Shown piece by piece: positions 40,279-54,161 of a stretch of 64,000 bases of DNA. How positions within the stretch are numbered: position 1 is the first letter of the stretch; each line of letters starts with the position of its first letter. A program made the translations under genes and the position numbers. The notes beneath the pieces are model-generated. The model made no database searches, had not been told where the DNA came from, and saw only the letters and a program-made list of their open reading frames with translations. This DNA comes from Chrysomallon squamiferum (Eukaryota; Animalia; Mollusca), in assembly GCA_012295275.1 (NCBI GenBank), contig CM022671.1, forward strand, positions 17,112,001 to 17,176,000, read 5' to 3'.

Positions 40279-40884
40279 CACACACACACACACACAGACA
40301 CACACACACAAACACATTTAGTAATTCTAATTATTTCAATTATTAGTCTACATACAGCCAATGATTCAGAACATTTTTCGATCTTTTTTTTTCCATGTAA
40401 CTTCTGCTTCCTTTTCATGTCGCTGGGTTTTGTCATATATTGTGATATGTGTGTCACAACAAACCTTGTTAAGACAATCACCGATCCGTGATGCGATCGT
40501 ATTTTTAGAAAGCATTTTTATTTAGTTTCATAGTTCTAAAAGTATTTTAAAAAAGAAAAAAGAAAAAAGAAAAAGAAAGATAAAGAAAAAAATTGATACT
40601 AATTAAACAAGGAAAATGAAATCAAACTAAGCAAGAGTTAGCATTAGACATTAAACATTACGAAGAGAGTACGGGGGAGAGAGATTTTAATAATTTAAAT
40701 AATTATATAATAATTATACCACTTGACGGCGTTAGAACATTTGGACTAATGATGAGGTGATGATATATAACGACACTGTAGATAATTTTAGACGTTAGAA
40801 ACTATTACAGCTTAGCATTTATATCCAGATCCATTTGTATTTAAATAGTTTTTGAGAGATTTTCTATTTTAAGCACATACATAC

Positions 40885-40919
<35 letters not shown>

Positions 40920-42105
40920 TATTCATAGATACACAAAGACAGTCACAAAAACGTTACGACTTCATAAGAGTTTGGCAAAAGAACACGTTATTTTGGAACG
41001 TTATTAATATCGCTGAGTTGGCGTTACACAGCGGGAAACAATCGTTTTGCACGTGTTGGCGTGTGTTGGCGTAGGCCAAACTGTCAAGACTATCTTTGGA
41101 ACCTGCACGAGAGCATGTGACAGAAAATGAAGTGTTTGTTTGGAACTGAAAGCCTTGAGATGATGTTTGGTTGCAGGCATTTTCTGTGAAGTTTTAGATT
41201 TATTTTAGATTTTGTTATTCTCAGCAAAATATGAATAAAATGTGAAAGAAAATGATTTATTTTTTAAAACAATGGGGTATCTTAATTTTTTTTTCTTTTG
41301 GTTCTTTGTAAAGGTTAACTGGTGGCTGTTATTTTAACACAATTGTTGTCATTATTATTACAGCATTATCAGTTATTACAATGGTAAAAAAAAAAAAATT
41401 AAACTAACAATGTATTTCAGTATCGTTATTTTCCTTTCTATCGTTATTTTCATACATTTCTTCTTCTTCTTCTTGTTTTCTTGATCTTATTTCTACACAT
41501 GATATTTCTGCTGTTTTCTCGATAATAACATCAGAATTAATCACTGATGGAATCTGAAGGAGGGAAGGAATGGAATAGATACTATCATCATCATCATCTT
41601 TATCAACAACAACAACAACAACAATAATAATAATAATAATAAATTCAGAACCGGACATTTTCGAAAAACAAACGACCTCAGTGTAAACTGGTCTATAATT
41701 CAACCTCTTTTAATAAACGTTCGCTTCTATCTATTTTGTCATCAGTTCAACTATCAGACAAATCTCTCAAACAAAAGTTCTCTTTTGTCAACGCAGCAGT
41801 TCCAGCTGGTTTACTCATCTTGAATCTTCAATACAAACTGCCGTACGTTTGACAAGTACAGCTTTTAATGCGAAACGTGTCGAGGTTTCGTTAAATATTC
41901 ATCTATTCGTTCAGTTTGTCAACATGTTATATAATTCATCTGTCATGTATCTGGAAACAAGCGCTCACACGCTATATAATTTTTTTTTACGGATATTTGT
42001 TTCAGCTATCCCAGTATTCAGTGCAGTTTTATTTTACTTGCCGATTGCAGTTAATATGGCAATCGACATAGATGATTATTCCATATCTCTTATACAATAT
42101 GTAGA

Positions 42106-42137
<32 letters not shown>

Positions 42138-42590
42138 AGTGGGTGTGTTCATGTAACAAAGCAAATATATAAAATACATTTTATAGTATAGAGTTGTTAA
42201 ATAAATAAATAAATAAATAAATATATAGAGCAAAGGTTTTGACTACCGTTAACTATCCAACACAAATACTTCTCTATACCAGCTTAGTGTAAATGTATAT
42301 GTTATACAATATTTCCTAACAAATATACTTAATTCAACGGTCAAAGTACATCTCCGTACAAACGATTCTGTGCATCAGTTTAGTATACTTGATACTTTTA
42401 CCTGTTCAAAATATTAGGGTATACCTCAGTGTGTTTAGTGTGCTTTTCAACTATCATTTGCTTTGTTGCATTCTAGCATCAAAGTAGACCCCAAGTCTGA
42501 CTTGCCAATTTTCACTTTTACGTCTAAACTCCACTTTTCTAGATTCCATTTAAAACAGGCTAAAATGTAATTACGAAAAATGCTTTTATA

Positions 42591-42695
<105 letters not shown>

Positions 42696-44082
42696 ATGTG
42701 CGCTTGAGAGTATATCTGCATTCATTATGTGTTTGTGTGCAATGTTTAAGAATGATTTAATAAGATTTTAAAAATTCAAAGAAAGACTGTCTGATAAAGT
42801 ATTTTCATTTCATTTAGTTATAGCAAATTATATTATTCATTACAATATTTTATTGTGACCAGTTATAAATTTGGTTCAAAATCAAGTTTTATTCTGAATA
42901 TTTAACCTTATTTTCTGTGGGGTTTTTTTCTTATAAGCTTCTTTCTAATTACAATCAAATCTACTTTAGATTACTGTAGAGTACGTTAATGTAAACCAGC
43001 ATACACTGAGCTTGTTAAATGCATTTTTTCTTAAGCTCAGTATACTGATGTACGTTTTATAAGCTCCGTTTATTTATTTTATTTTGTTTTTGGAGATGTC
43101 TGCATGCAATTTGTGCATAAACTGTGAATATATTAAAACGCAATGTGTAAATATCTTCATTAATGCACTCAACGCTCACGCAGGGTGTGTAATCTTGACA
43201 TCCTTGGAAGGCGAATTCAGAAAAAAATAAAATAAAATAAAAAATAAACAAAGTCCAAACTGAAAATGTTCTACACAATTAAAGAACGATTACAGAGTAG
43301 TTGAAAATGAATAGAATTTAGGTTGGAGGAGGATGTGAAAGTTACTGGGATTGGGTTGGGTTAAGGGTAGATTGTGATTAACTCGATGTATTTGTGGGGT
43401 TTGCTCTTTCTGTTTTTAAATCCTGTCTATTAACACAGTAATTGACGTTTATTTTTCTTCTCTTGTTATGTAAGAATTATGAAAAAATGTCTGTCAAGTT
43501 TACTTCAGGTAACCTGATTTTTTTGTTGTTGAATTTATTGCTTTATTGGTTATTTGACATTTAAAATTTAACAGCGTTTATAAATAAGGTCTTTTTAAAA
43601 AAAAAAAAAATACTAACTTGGAGAAGATTAATTATCCCCTTCAGGGTTAGAAGCACAGAAACCTTTGTTTGTATGACCTAAGGAGAAATATTTCCAGAAG
43701 ATGGCACAAAAAACCAGAATCGATTTTTAAATAAGCCAGTGTTTTAAAATATTTAAAATGCACATAAATAAAACTACCCGTCCTTTTTCAAAAGCAATGC
43801 GTAAAGCATTAAAAAATATATATATTATCTAAACACTACTGGTTCTACTCCTCGATGTTTCTTGTTTGTTTGATTGTATACATTTATGCTAAAATCATAA
43901 AATATCTTCTGATAAAATTTTAAAAAAAAAAGAAGAAAAAAAGTAAAATACAATAAGCAAGCTATGCTGTCATTACTGCTCTTCGATTTTTTTTTTTTTT
44001 TTTTATTATTTGGAAACAATGTAAGAAACATCGTGATGAAGACGACATCATCATCTAAAAAAAAAAAAACGTGCTTGCATAC

Positions 44083-44580
44083 GTCCCGGGTAGTGGAGCA
44101 ACCATGAGGCGCTGCCTTTGTCATATCAGTCCAGCAGATCTACGGATCTCATGAATAAGTATGAGACATTATTTGTAAAGACAGTTCCTAGATTGACTGG
44201 GCTATGCTCCCGTGCTTTCATGAATTTATTGGACAAGGGGACGCCCCTGGCTTTCTTCTCTCGTATGAGACTGCGGCTAGGCAAGGGTCGACATTCTGCA
44301 CATCGCGGAAAGCAGCCCGGCTCTGGGTTGCTAATTAAATGCGTGCTTATTTCTTCGGCTGTGGATTAAGCAGCCCTGGCAACCCCCGACCTCAGTTTGT
44401 TTTGCGAGCCCCGCAGTTAAAACGGACAGGCATTATTATCCAATCTACAAACGTTACCAAATCCGTGCGCGCTAACTTTAGCTTCAAGCCGTCGTGTCTT
44501 GATCCCCCCAATTATAGGAATAATGAATCAAGCATTATTTCCCTTTATCGCGCCGTCGTTAAAAGTTCGCCGCTGAAATA
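44083..44580. promoter_or_regulatory. GC-rich non-coding island between the divergent genes (candidate enhancer)
   Basis: About 500 bp of complex, GC-rich sequence with no credible ORF; POU-like TCATGAATAAGTATG and TCATGAATTTA, homeobox GCTAATTAAAT. Confidence 0.4.
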
Positions 44581-45089
44581 TTAACATAGAAAATACTTTT
44601 TCAAATGGAATGATTATGGTACTATTTTATAGCGATGAGGTTATATGGAAAAGAAAACATTTTTGCTTAATATTTTCATGCGTTGTTTTTATATCGAGAT
44701 GCAATGCTGAGTGATTTGTTGCAGCCCAGTGTTAAGATGAAACAAGAAATTTGTTAGTGTAGTCAGTTGTTTATGTATGTAAATTTAATACACGTAACTT
44801 AATAATACTTGCTTAATGCGTATAAATTATCTACATCAGTTTCTGTTTATTTTATTTATTACAATCATTATATTAAGAATTCGTATCATCTGTCTATAAC
44901 ATAAGGGTTTCGTCTACTCAACTTTTGAAAATAACAAATGCAATATTTTTCCTAGAAAGTTTAAAATAGATAAAAATAATTCTTATATAATTCAGCTGAT
45001 TAATTTGAGCATTAATAGGAATATTTGTGAGCAACTACATAATGTATCTCATTCGTGTGAAAATCGTATTGCGATATTCAGTAATATTA

Positions 45090-45222
45090 CGCTTCACGTC
45101 ATTTCGGCATACGTCAAATTCGTCTTTCTGCCGCCTTTCGAGATAACGTCTCTGTTCAGCGAACGTTATTACGTCCGACGCTACCTTATCTACGTCATAA
45201 CAAAATGACGTCATATAAATAC
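45090..45222 (+). promoter_or_regulatory. Cluster of CRE-like sites followed by a TATA-like box
   Basis: ACGTCA at 45096, 45111 and 45192; full TGACGTCA at 45206-45213 directly followed by TATAAAT. Confidence 0.4.
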
Positions 45223-45368
45223 ATTTTTCCTTAAATGTATTTAAAATAAATAAAATCAGTAAAAAATTAAAAATAAAAGAAAAACGAAAAAAGAAAAAGA
45301 AAATAAATTAATAATAAATGAATAAATAAAATTATATATATATATATATATATAAAACTAAAATATTC

Positions 45369-45410
<42 letters not shown>

Positions 45411-45743
45411 ATAATAATAAAAATGAATAAATAAATAAAAATAAAAATAAGAATTAAATAAAAACGAATTAAAAATGTGAAATATGTATAACCACCTCTC
45501 CGAGGTTCCAGCACGAAGACGAGATGTCAAGTTTAAGTCAAATATTTATTATTCTTTACAAATTACGACTAAACTATTTTTAATGCCTTGACTAGAATTA
45601 TATTCTTCCGCGTGTTATTCACTCCAACTGTAAGGTGTTTGTCGTCAAACGTAAGACTGTTTCTATGGCCAAATCACAAGGCAAATGATATAATTTTATT
45701 GATAGTGTTGATTATATCAAAAAACAACAACAACAACAACAAC

Positions 45744-45798
<55 letters not shown>

Positions 45799-47947
45799 TT
45801 AATAAAATAAATAAAAGAAAATAAAAGAAAAAGAAAGAGAGAAAAAATAAAAACCTGATATGTGGTTTTTTTTTAGAATTCTTTAAGATTTAGCGGCATT
45901 TATAATCTTTCGCGAGGTATTTATGCTAGTTTTGCGTTAGTTTCTGTCGTCATTTTAAGATAGTTTATAGCTTCTGGAACCATTTACTGAGGATAGTGAG
46001 GGTATGACCTTATCGTAGTAAAGCGAACATTAATTGCAATAATTGCTGTTGATACAAATCATTTTGTATTTGTATTAATCAATACATACAATGTGTCCCC
46101 ATCTCAGATTTATTATTTTATTATTTACTAACTCTTTTGTTTGTCAGTGAATGACTCCCGTATGCATCAACATATTTACCTGCTGACAACTCGTCCTTTC
46201 AGTGCAGTTGCAGTTGCTTCCCTTCGATAATTTAAAAAATGTACGGTGGCTATGTAAAATAAATTATTCTTGGTTTAAATCATGTGTTTATACACATATA
46301 CTGACATCGAGATGAATATTATTAATAGATTCACATGTATTAATGATGTCAATATTATTACTTAACGTCTACAGTTTAAAATTATAAACTAATATTATAT
46401 TGTGTATGTTTGCTAGTTTCTGTTTAACGTGGCCCCCCACTAATTTATTTGTTTGTTTGTTTGTTTGTTTTTGTTCATTTGTTTTGATTGTTTGATTGTT
46501 TGTTTGTATATTTTTGTTTGTTTAAATTCATAGCATTGTATAATATTTATTTCAGCAGTATCAGCAGTAATGAAAACTATTTAAAATCTTTTAATTCAAA
46601 TTTACTTGCTTCGTTAAAAAAAGGGTAATCAGACTTATTATTTTAGACAATGTTTGCCGAGTTTGGTAAAGTACATGCCTAATTTAAAAACTGATATCCT
46701 GTGTTGAACTGAATTATTTAATTTCCCTAAAATTGGTAAAACAATAATAACAACAACAGCAACAACAATAATAAATAAATAAACAAATAGACAGACAGAC
46801 AGACAAACAAACAAACAAACAAATAAATAAATAAATACATAAATAAATAAATACATAAGTACATAATAAATATCCTTCAAGAAACATACTCCAGAGAGAG
46901 CGGACGTCACAGAACATTCAGCAACGTAAACGATCTGTGTATTTTGTTTGTGGAAGCCATTAAATCAATAAACAATTCGAAAAAAAAAAATAATAATTAA
47001 ATTATTAATAAAAAATAAAACAATAAAAAAAAAAAAAAAAAAAAAAATTAAAAGATTATGTCTCTGTAACGTTAATACTGAAAGAGGGATCGAAAAAGGT
47101 TTATTAGATCTATTTGTGAAACTGAATAATACGTTACAAATTTAAACAAAATATCAGCAGTCAAATAACGAGTCATCTGTGCACATAACGAATTTACGAA
47201 ACTGTAGTACATATCATAGTAATTCACAAAAACTTGTTATTTTTCAAAATCAAACTTTGTTATTAGCAAAGATTGGTAATACGAAAACAAAAAATATCGT
47301 CATTTGGAACAATACAAAATCTGAAACATGGTCTCTGTGTTCAGTTCATGCTGTCAACAGGTTTATATTAGAACAAGCCTGTAAAGAAGCCAATTAATAT
47401 TTAACCAAAAACCTCTTCACTTATCAGCAGACAGTCGATAGAAAAAACCAGCACATTAACATTACTTTTGTTGTCGTCAAATTTAACTGCACATTCTATG
47501 ACCAGTGGCGACATCAGTACCACTTAAAACTTTACATAGCATAAACAAAAATCCCTAGTGTTTTTGCCATTGAGATGCATATAGACATTTTAATTCCCTG
47601 GAGGTATTTTTAACCAATTTTATCAGAATTATATTTATTTATTTACGAACACACAAATAATACCAAAACATATTTTCGTAGGACCATCCAGTTGGTAATC
47701 GCAGCCAATTGTAGCAGAAGGAAAATGTAATTTAACTTAATTCCATTTTACTCTAGCAATTTAAATGTTTTTAAAGAATTTAAAAGAATTCCTGTTAAAT
47801 TTAGTTTCAGTGGCGGTGCCTGCTGCCTTTAAGAATATGTTAATTTCTTCGTAACAGTTTTCAGTTACGACTCAGAACCTCTCTTGTCAAAAGGATTCAC
47901 GTAACTAATTTGATTTACTGTCTTCGTTAAGTTTAGTTTTAGAGGCG

Positions 47948-48123
47948 ATGGCTACGTTTAAGAGCACGTTGAAAGAGTTCGCGGAGAACACATCGGCTCA
48001 CGGTGTAAACAAGGTCGTTTCTGCTAAGGGATGTTTTGTTAAGTTTATCTGGCTGATCCTGTTTCTCGGTGCAATGGTACTAATCGTGTTCCAAGTGTCA
48101 AGATTAGTGACAAATTACATGCG
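47948..48123 (+). CDS. DEG/ENaC exon 1 (HG motif, TM1)
   Basis: MATFKSTLKEFAENTSAHGVNKVVSAKGCFVKFIWLILFLGAMVLIVFQVSRLVTNYM, donor CG|GTACGT. Confidence 0.92.
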
Positions 48124-49317
48124 GTACGTTTTTATTTTCTGGTTATCAAATTACTGTGATTTTGTGTGTGCGTGTTTGTCCCTGTGATATATATATATAT
48201 GTGAGTGTGTATGTATATGTTTATGTCTGTGTAAGTATGTATGAATGAATGTATGTTTGTATGTAATGCGTATGTATGCGTGAATATATGTATGTATTAA
48301 TGTGTATATATATATATATATATATATATGTGTATGTTTATGTATGTATGCGTGTATTTAGGATTGAATATTCTCTGTCTTATGTAATTTAGGATTAGTG
48401 AATATTCTCTGTCGTGTATCTACGTCTGAATAGACTCTGCATATAGACAATATTCGGGAACGCATTGGCGCAGTAGGACATTTTAAGAAAGTAAAGCTTT
48501 ATTGTCGTATGATATTCTACTGCTCTTGTGATTTGCATACATTCGCCGCTGCACTGTTTTTACGAACAGTGTAGAATAAACAAACTGACAAATAAACAGA
48601 CAAAACACGCAACATCTGTTGACACGTTTGCAGCATCCGTGGTTGTCAGAAAACAAAACAATTATTTTTCATCTGCTGATATTAAATATTAATTATTTAT
48701 TGTTCAGTGATTTGGAACGTGGATGTCCCATCTTTAGGGACTTTTATTGCTTTCTTTGACATTTTCTATAACAGAAACAAATAACAAAATGATCACATTG
48801 TTATTTTTTACTTATACTTAAAGTCTAAAAGTATAGAAAATATACGTACATTTGATAAGAAAATATAAAAAGCTAAACAAACAAATAAAAAAAAATAATC
48901 TACAAAAATAAAAAATAATAATAATAATAAATCAATAATTTAAAAAAATGTATATAAAGTTCTGTTATTTTCTTTATTTTTATTATATATATATAACAGA
49001 ACTTTATTATATATATATAACAGAACTTTTTATTTATTTTAATCTGTTAATTAATTCCATCTAAATAAACATGATTAGTGACACTCTCTTTGTTTAATTA
49101 TAAGGCAATTTCAATATTTTATTTTATTTTCCACAGCTGGTTTTCACTTAGAACTTTTTTTCATAAATGATAATTAGATATGCTAACAATTTTTTCGTAA
49201 TACATGACAATGAAATGTACGGGTTTTTAGTGGGGTTTTTCAGTATATATTTTTCCTTTCTTTTTGTTCTTTATTTATTTATTTCTTCTTCTTCTTCTTC
49301 TTCTTCTTCTTCTTCTT

Positions 49318-49384
<67 letters not shown>

Positions 49385-49664
49385 TTCAGGAGACCTGTGA
49401 CGCCTACAACAGTCGTGCAAAGCAAGCCGCTGATCTTTCCTTCTGTGACGATTTGTAACTTAAACCCAGCTCAGTTAACCAGAGTCAAGGAAAACGACGA
49501 CATGATCTACATCGTTAACAACAGCGCCAACTTTATGTCCGTACCTCTGTCATTGTTTCCTGATAATCTAGTAAGTACAGTTGCTATTTTACATTTATTT
49601 ATTTATTTTCGTTGACAAAGTAAACATATTTTAGTTATCATTATCATCAGTCATAATCTTTATC

Positions 49665-49761
<97 letters not shown>

Positions 49762-50692
49762 TGTTTTTGAATGTCAAGTTTGTAATTGCAGTTTTGTTTT
49801 TTGAGACTAAATTTTAAAATAAATTATATAATTAAATAATTCTGTATCTTATCGTTAGATTATTTACCTTTACAATGATCAATCTTTCAGTAAAGGCACC
49901 GAATCCAGAAATGTCCTTGAATTTTTATACGTAACACACACTCTCACTCACAAACACACACCTACTGCATTCATGCATCTGTGTGTGTGCGTGTGCGTGT
50001 CGTGTGTGTTTGTGTGTGTCTGGATGTTTGTGTTATAGACAATGTGTAAAATTCGGCCACTCTGTAAACTTGTCTGATTCATTCCATAAACATGCATAGC
50101 GATTATTATTAATAATTTATTTATTCATCGATTTATATATTAATTCAATTCATTGTTATTATTTTTTTTTTACAGATACTTGTCACAGATAATTCAGAAC
50201 CAGAAATAGGTAACTCCTCATGTAAGTGACATATGTAAAATTAAATTAAAACCAAATACATGTACTGTCAAACATAAATTTCAAATATAACAAATCAATG
50301 TTTAAATTTTTACATTTAAATTTCTTTTCGTTATATTAAATTAACTAAAAAATAATGCTTTGCATGCAGAGTACTGTAAAAAATTATAATTTAATTGATT
50401 TTTTCCTGTATTAAATTAACAAAACAAATTTTCATAGTGTTACAGACGGATCCATAGACTGATATCACAGTACCTTTTATTAAAAATAAAAATGGAATTT
50501 TCTTTTTGTCGATGACTACTTTCTTATAATGAAATTCCTTTTGAAATTTGGGGCATCCTATATAATATTGTTTATTTACAAAGAAACTCATTTGTCTATA
50601 ATAACAAATGAACAACACGTTTTATTGTCATTGTTGTTATTGTTAGTCTTACTGTTATTATTACTATTATTTTTATTATTGTTGTTGTTGTT

Positions 50693-50727
<35 letters not shown>

Positions 50728-53700
50728 ACTGTTATTGTTGTTGTTGTTATTATTAACGCAGTACAAGATTTGCTGGATGAGTACGCTGAAGAATTCATGA
50801 TGAGATTTAACGCAGGGGGAGATAATTTGACGTCGTTTTTGTCTCAGCCGCTTGAAGAATTTCTTGTCGATTGTACGTTTGCTGGACGTGTCTGTTCTTT
50901 ATCGTAAGTTTGTGTTTAAATCTTAGTGTTCTTCCTTCTAGAAGACTGCCGTGGACACAATCTCTGACCTTGCCAGAGAGTTCTGTTCTGTCTGTCACAG
51001 TGTAAGTTTATGTCAACACTTTACAATAATCAACTAACCGAGGGAAAGTTTAGGTGATCGACATGTTAACCTTCTACAGCATGTTATTTGTATTGTACAG
51101 TGATGTTAGTCTGAGGTATAATAAATAAAATATTAATTAGTGTCGGTACGTCCACTCTGCGGTAAGTGGCCTAGAAAGGTAGTACATATTTCCTGTTCAT
51201 AGGAAGGTGCATACAAAAAGCTCCTTGCTGCTAAATAGTAACGGTAGGAGCAGCGAGCGGGTTTTCTTCATGTAATCATTATACTTATACAAGTTATAGA
51301 AGACAAGAGTTCACAAAACATTCCAGCATTTCTAACATGAAGAAATTTAAATAAACTACCTTCTTATATATATATCTATCATTTTCTTATCATCCTATAA
51401 TTTAATTCCAATACTTTATATATATTCTATACACAGTTTTTAATTTGTGCCAAATAATCAACTGATGAATCATACATTTTCCCTTTCCTTCCAATATGAG
51501 ACTAAATACTTACATGTTTTATGGACAGTACAACAGCGAACAGTGAAAAGGTCTAATAGTGCATGGTACATACATTCTAAGTATTGAAGTACTCATTCTG
51601 TGTTCATCTTTTTGGGGTTAGGGTTATTGCTGGACGATTTAAAGGTTGTGTTACAATTAGTGGCAATCTTGATATGTTCCCTTTACTGCATTCTACCTGC
51701 AATATAGAAGTGATCCCTATTGTGTTTACTCATCTGACAGCCCTGGATGAAAGCGTCAACAATTACTTTCCGTCATTAAAGACAGAAAAGTATGATTTGA
51801 TTAGAGATCCTTTCATAAATCATTCTTCCAACCCTGAACTTGAGTTACAGTTATATGCTGTCTATGACATGCCATGTTTTTATTTTGAAAAAAAAACCCA
51901 AATATTTTTCATATTTATTTAGCCAGATGTGTCATTATTTTTTCATGTGTTCCAGGGTGTGCCGTTGGCAAAAAAAGATTGAGAGGGTTAGCGTTATTTT
52001 GAGTGAGGGTTAGGGTTAGAGTTAAGGTCAATATTAGGGTTAGTTAGGGTTACAGTTAGAGTTAGGGTCAGGGTAAGGTGTAGAGTCAGTGTCAGGATAA
52101 GGGTTAGGGTTAGTTAGGGTTCATTTTAGGGTTAAGGTTTGGGTGAGGGTCAGTGTCAGGGTTAAAGTTAGGGTTTAGATCAGTTTTAGGGGTAGGGTTA
52201 TGGTTATAATCAGTTTTAGGGTTAAGATATTTTGAGTGAGGGTTAGGGTTAGGGTCAGTATAAGGGTTAGTTAGGTTTAGGGTTATGCTCAGTATTAGGG
52301 TTAGTTAGGGTTAGGGTTAGGTTTTAGGGTTAAGGTTAGGGTTAGGGTTACGGTTAGGATCAGTTTTAGGGTTATGGTTAGAGTTAAGGTTAGTGTTAGA
52401 TTTGTTAAGGTTTACATTAGGATCAGTTTTTGGGTTAGGGTTTTGGTATATTTTAGGGTTATGATTAGGATCTTCTTATATTCGTTGTCACTATCACTGG
52501 AGGTTATTGAGAGTTCTTTACAGTTGACTTATAATTATATTTTTTAATGAGCAGAATACTTAGATCAGGATACACGATAATCTTTTAACTGCGCTCCCTT
52601 CTGAAGATGGACTTGATTCAGTTTTCCACAGGACGTATTACACTGAAAACAAAAGTCTTTCAACTGCCTGTTGTTTTGTTTGATTTCGAACAATTTTGAA
52701 CATTCGGGATAGCATCAAAAATCATTATCCCCAGTTTATCCCTTCTTTTACGAACCTGAATGATTGATTTGGTTGTTTGAATCAGTGAAAGGTGAATAAT
52801 TAAATGATTGTTTGTAATAAGTAATGTAAATAGAAGGCTCAGAATGAAGGTAGGAGTGCTGAATAAAAAAAAAAAAAAAAATAAAAAAATAAATAAAAGA
52901 CCCCACCAAATAAATAACCACACACTTAAAAAACATAATAAAAATAATGATAAAAAATTTCTTTCTTTCTTCCTTTGTATTTTCCTCCCCAAAAAGCCAA
53001 GCCCACATTTTCTATATAAACCCCACCAAAAAATTCATCTTTAAATAGAAATGCTGGAGTGTTTGGAACTCTTTCCTTATAGGCAGTATATGTTAGACAT
53101 TTGATAAACGAAAAATATTATTGTTATTATAACTATTACTATTACTATTATTATTATTATTATTACTATGTAGTGATGTTTTTTATCTTAATTCTTTCAT
53201 TCCTTTACGTAGATTATATTGATATTTTCAGCTGTTTTTTTTAAAAATACCTGTTGTACTTTTTTGTTTTTATTATTTTAAATTTAATATTGAATACACT
53301 TAGATGTTCATATTTGTTTATTTTCTTAGAGATTTTCAGCGCTTGAATAACTTTGATTATGGCACATGTTACCAGTTTCCGAACAGAGAAGTATATAACA
53401 ACGGGATTCTCTTTCACAATGCTGGATCTGTGTTTGGTAAGTAGCTTAAAACAGTTTGAATTTACAACTTGATGGAAAGATTAAAGGAGTACATAAAAAA
53501 AAATAATGCTGGATAACTTTACTGAGGAATATAGTTCTTTGGATTCTTTGCCTATGCAAAAATCGTATAGCTTTATCAGGATTCATTGCAAATGACATTA
53601 CTTTTTTTCTTTTATGATAGTACAATGTAGAAAAGCTGGCTGCAGCTAATTTAAAACAAAACAGAGTGACTTAATTCTGTACGTACTGATTATTATACTG

Positions 53701-53804
53701 ATAATATACAAAAATGATATTTTTATAATGTTCAATTATAGCTGTATTATGGCCATTATTCTTTTAAATGATCATTATTTGATATAAGTTAGTGACACCG
53801 CAGA

Positions 53805-53840
<36 letters not shown>

Positions 53841-54127
53841 TGTGTGTTGTGTGTGTTTAACTACTGAGTAGGCAATACAAATAAAAATGAGGCCTAATCA
53901 TCAGGGAGTAAAATCCAGAAGCGGGACCCAGAAGCGACTTTAGTTCACATTGCTTCAAAATCTTAATCCCAGATCTGAGATGTCGTGGTTACGTTTTTAT
54001 AAGATTTATAAACACCTGTGAGATGGAACAAGCCTACTGAAGAAGATAAAAGAGGTTAACCTGAAAGTGCCAAACAGCTGAAGTTTCAAAACCTCAAAAC
54101 AGTAGATCCACCATCTGGTGTGTGTGC

Positions 54128-54161
<34 letters not shown>

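Noticed and set aside
48955-49030. 14-bp inverted repeat with a local direct duplication (similar small hairpin at about 42997-43048)
   Set aside because: Short and AT-rich; consistent with local template switching, with no functional evidence
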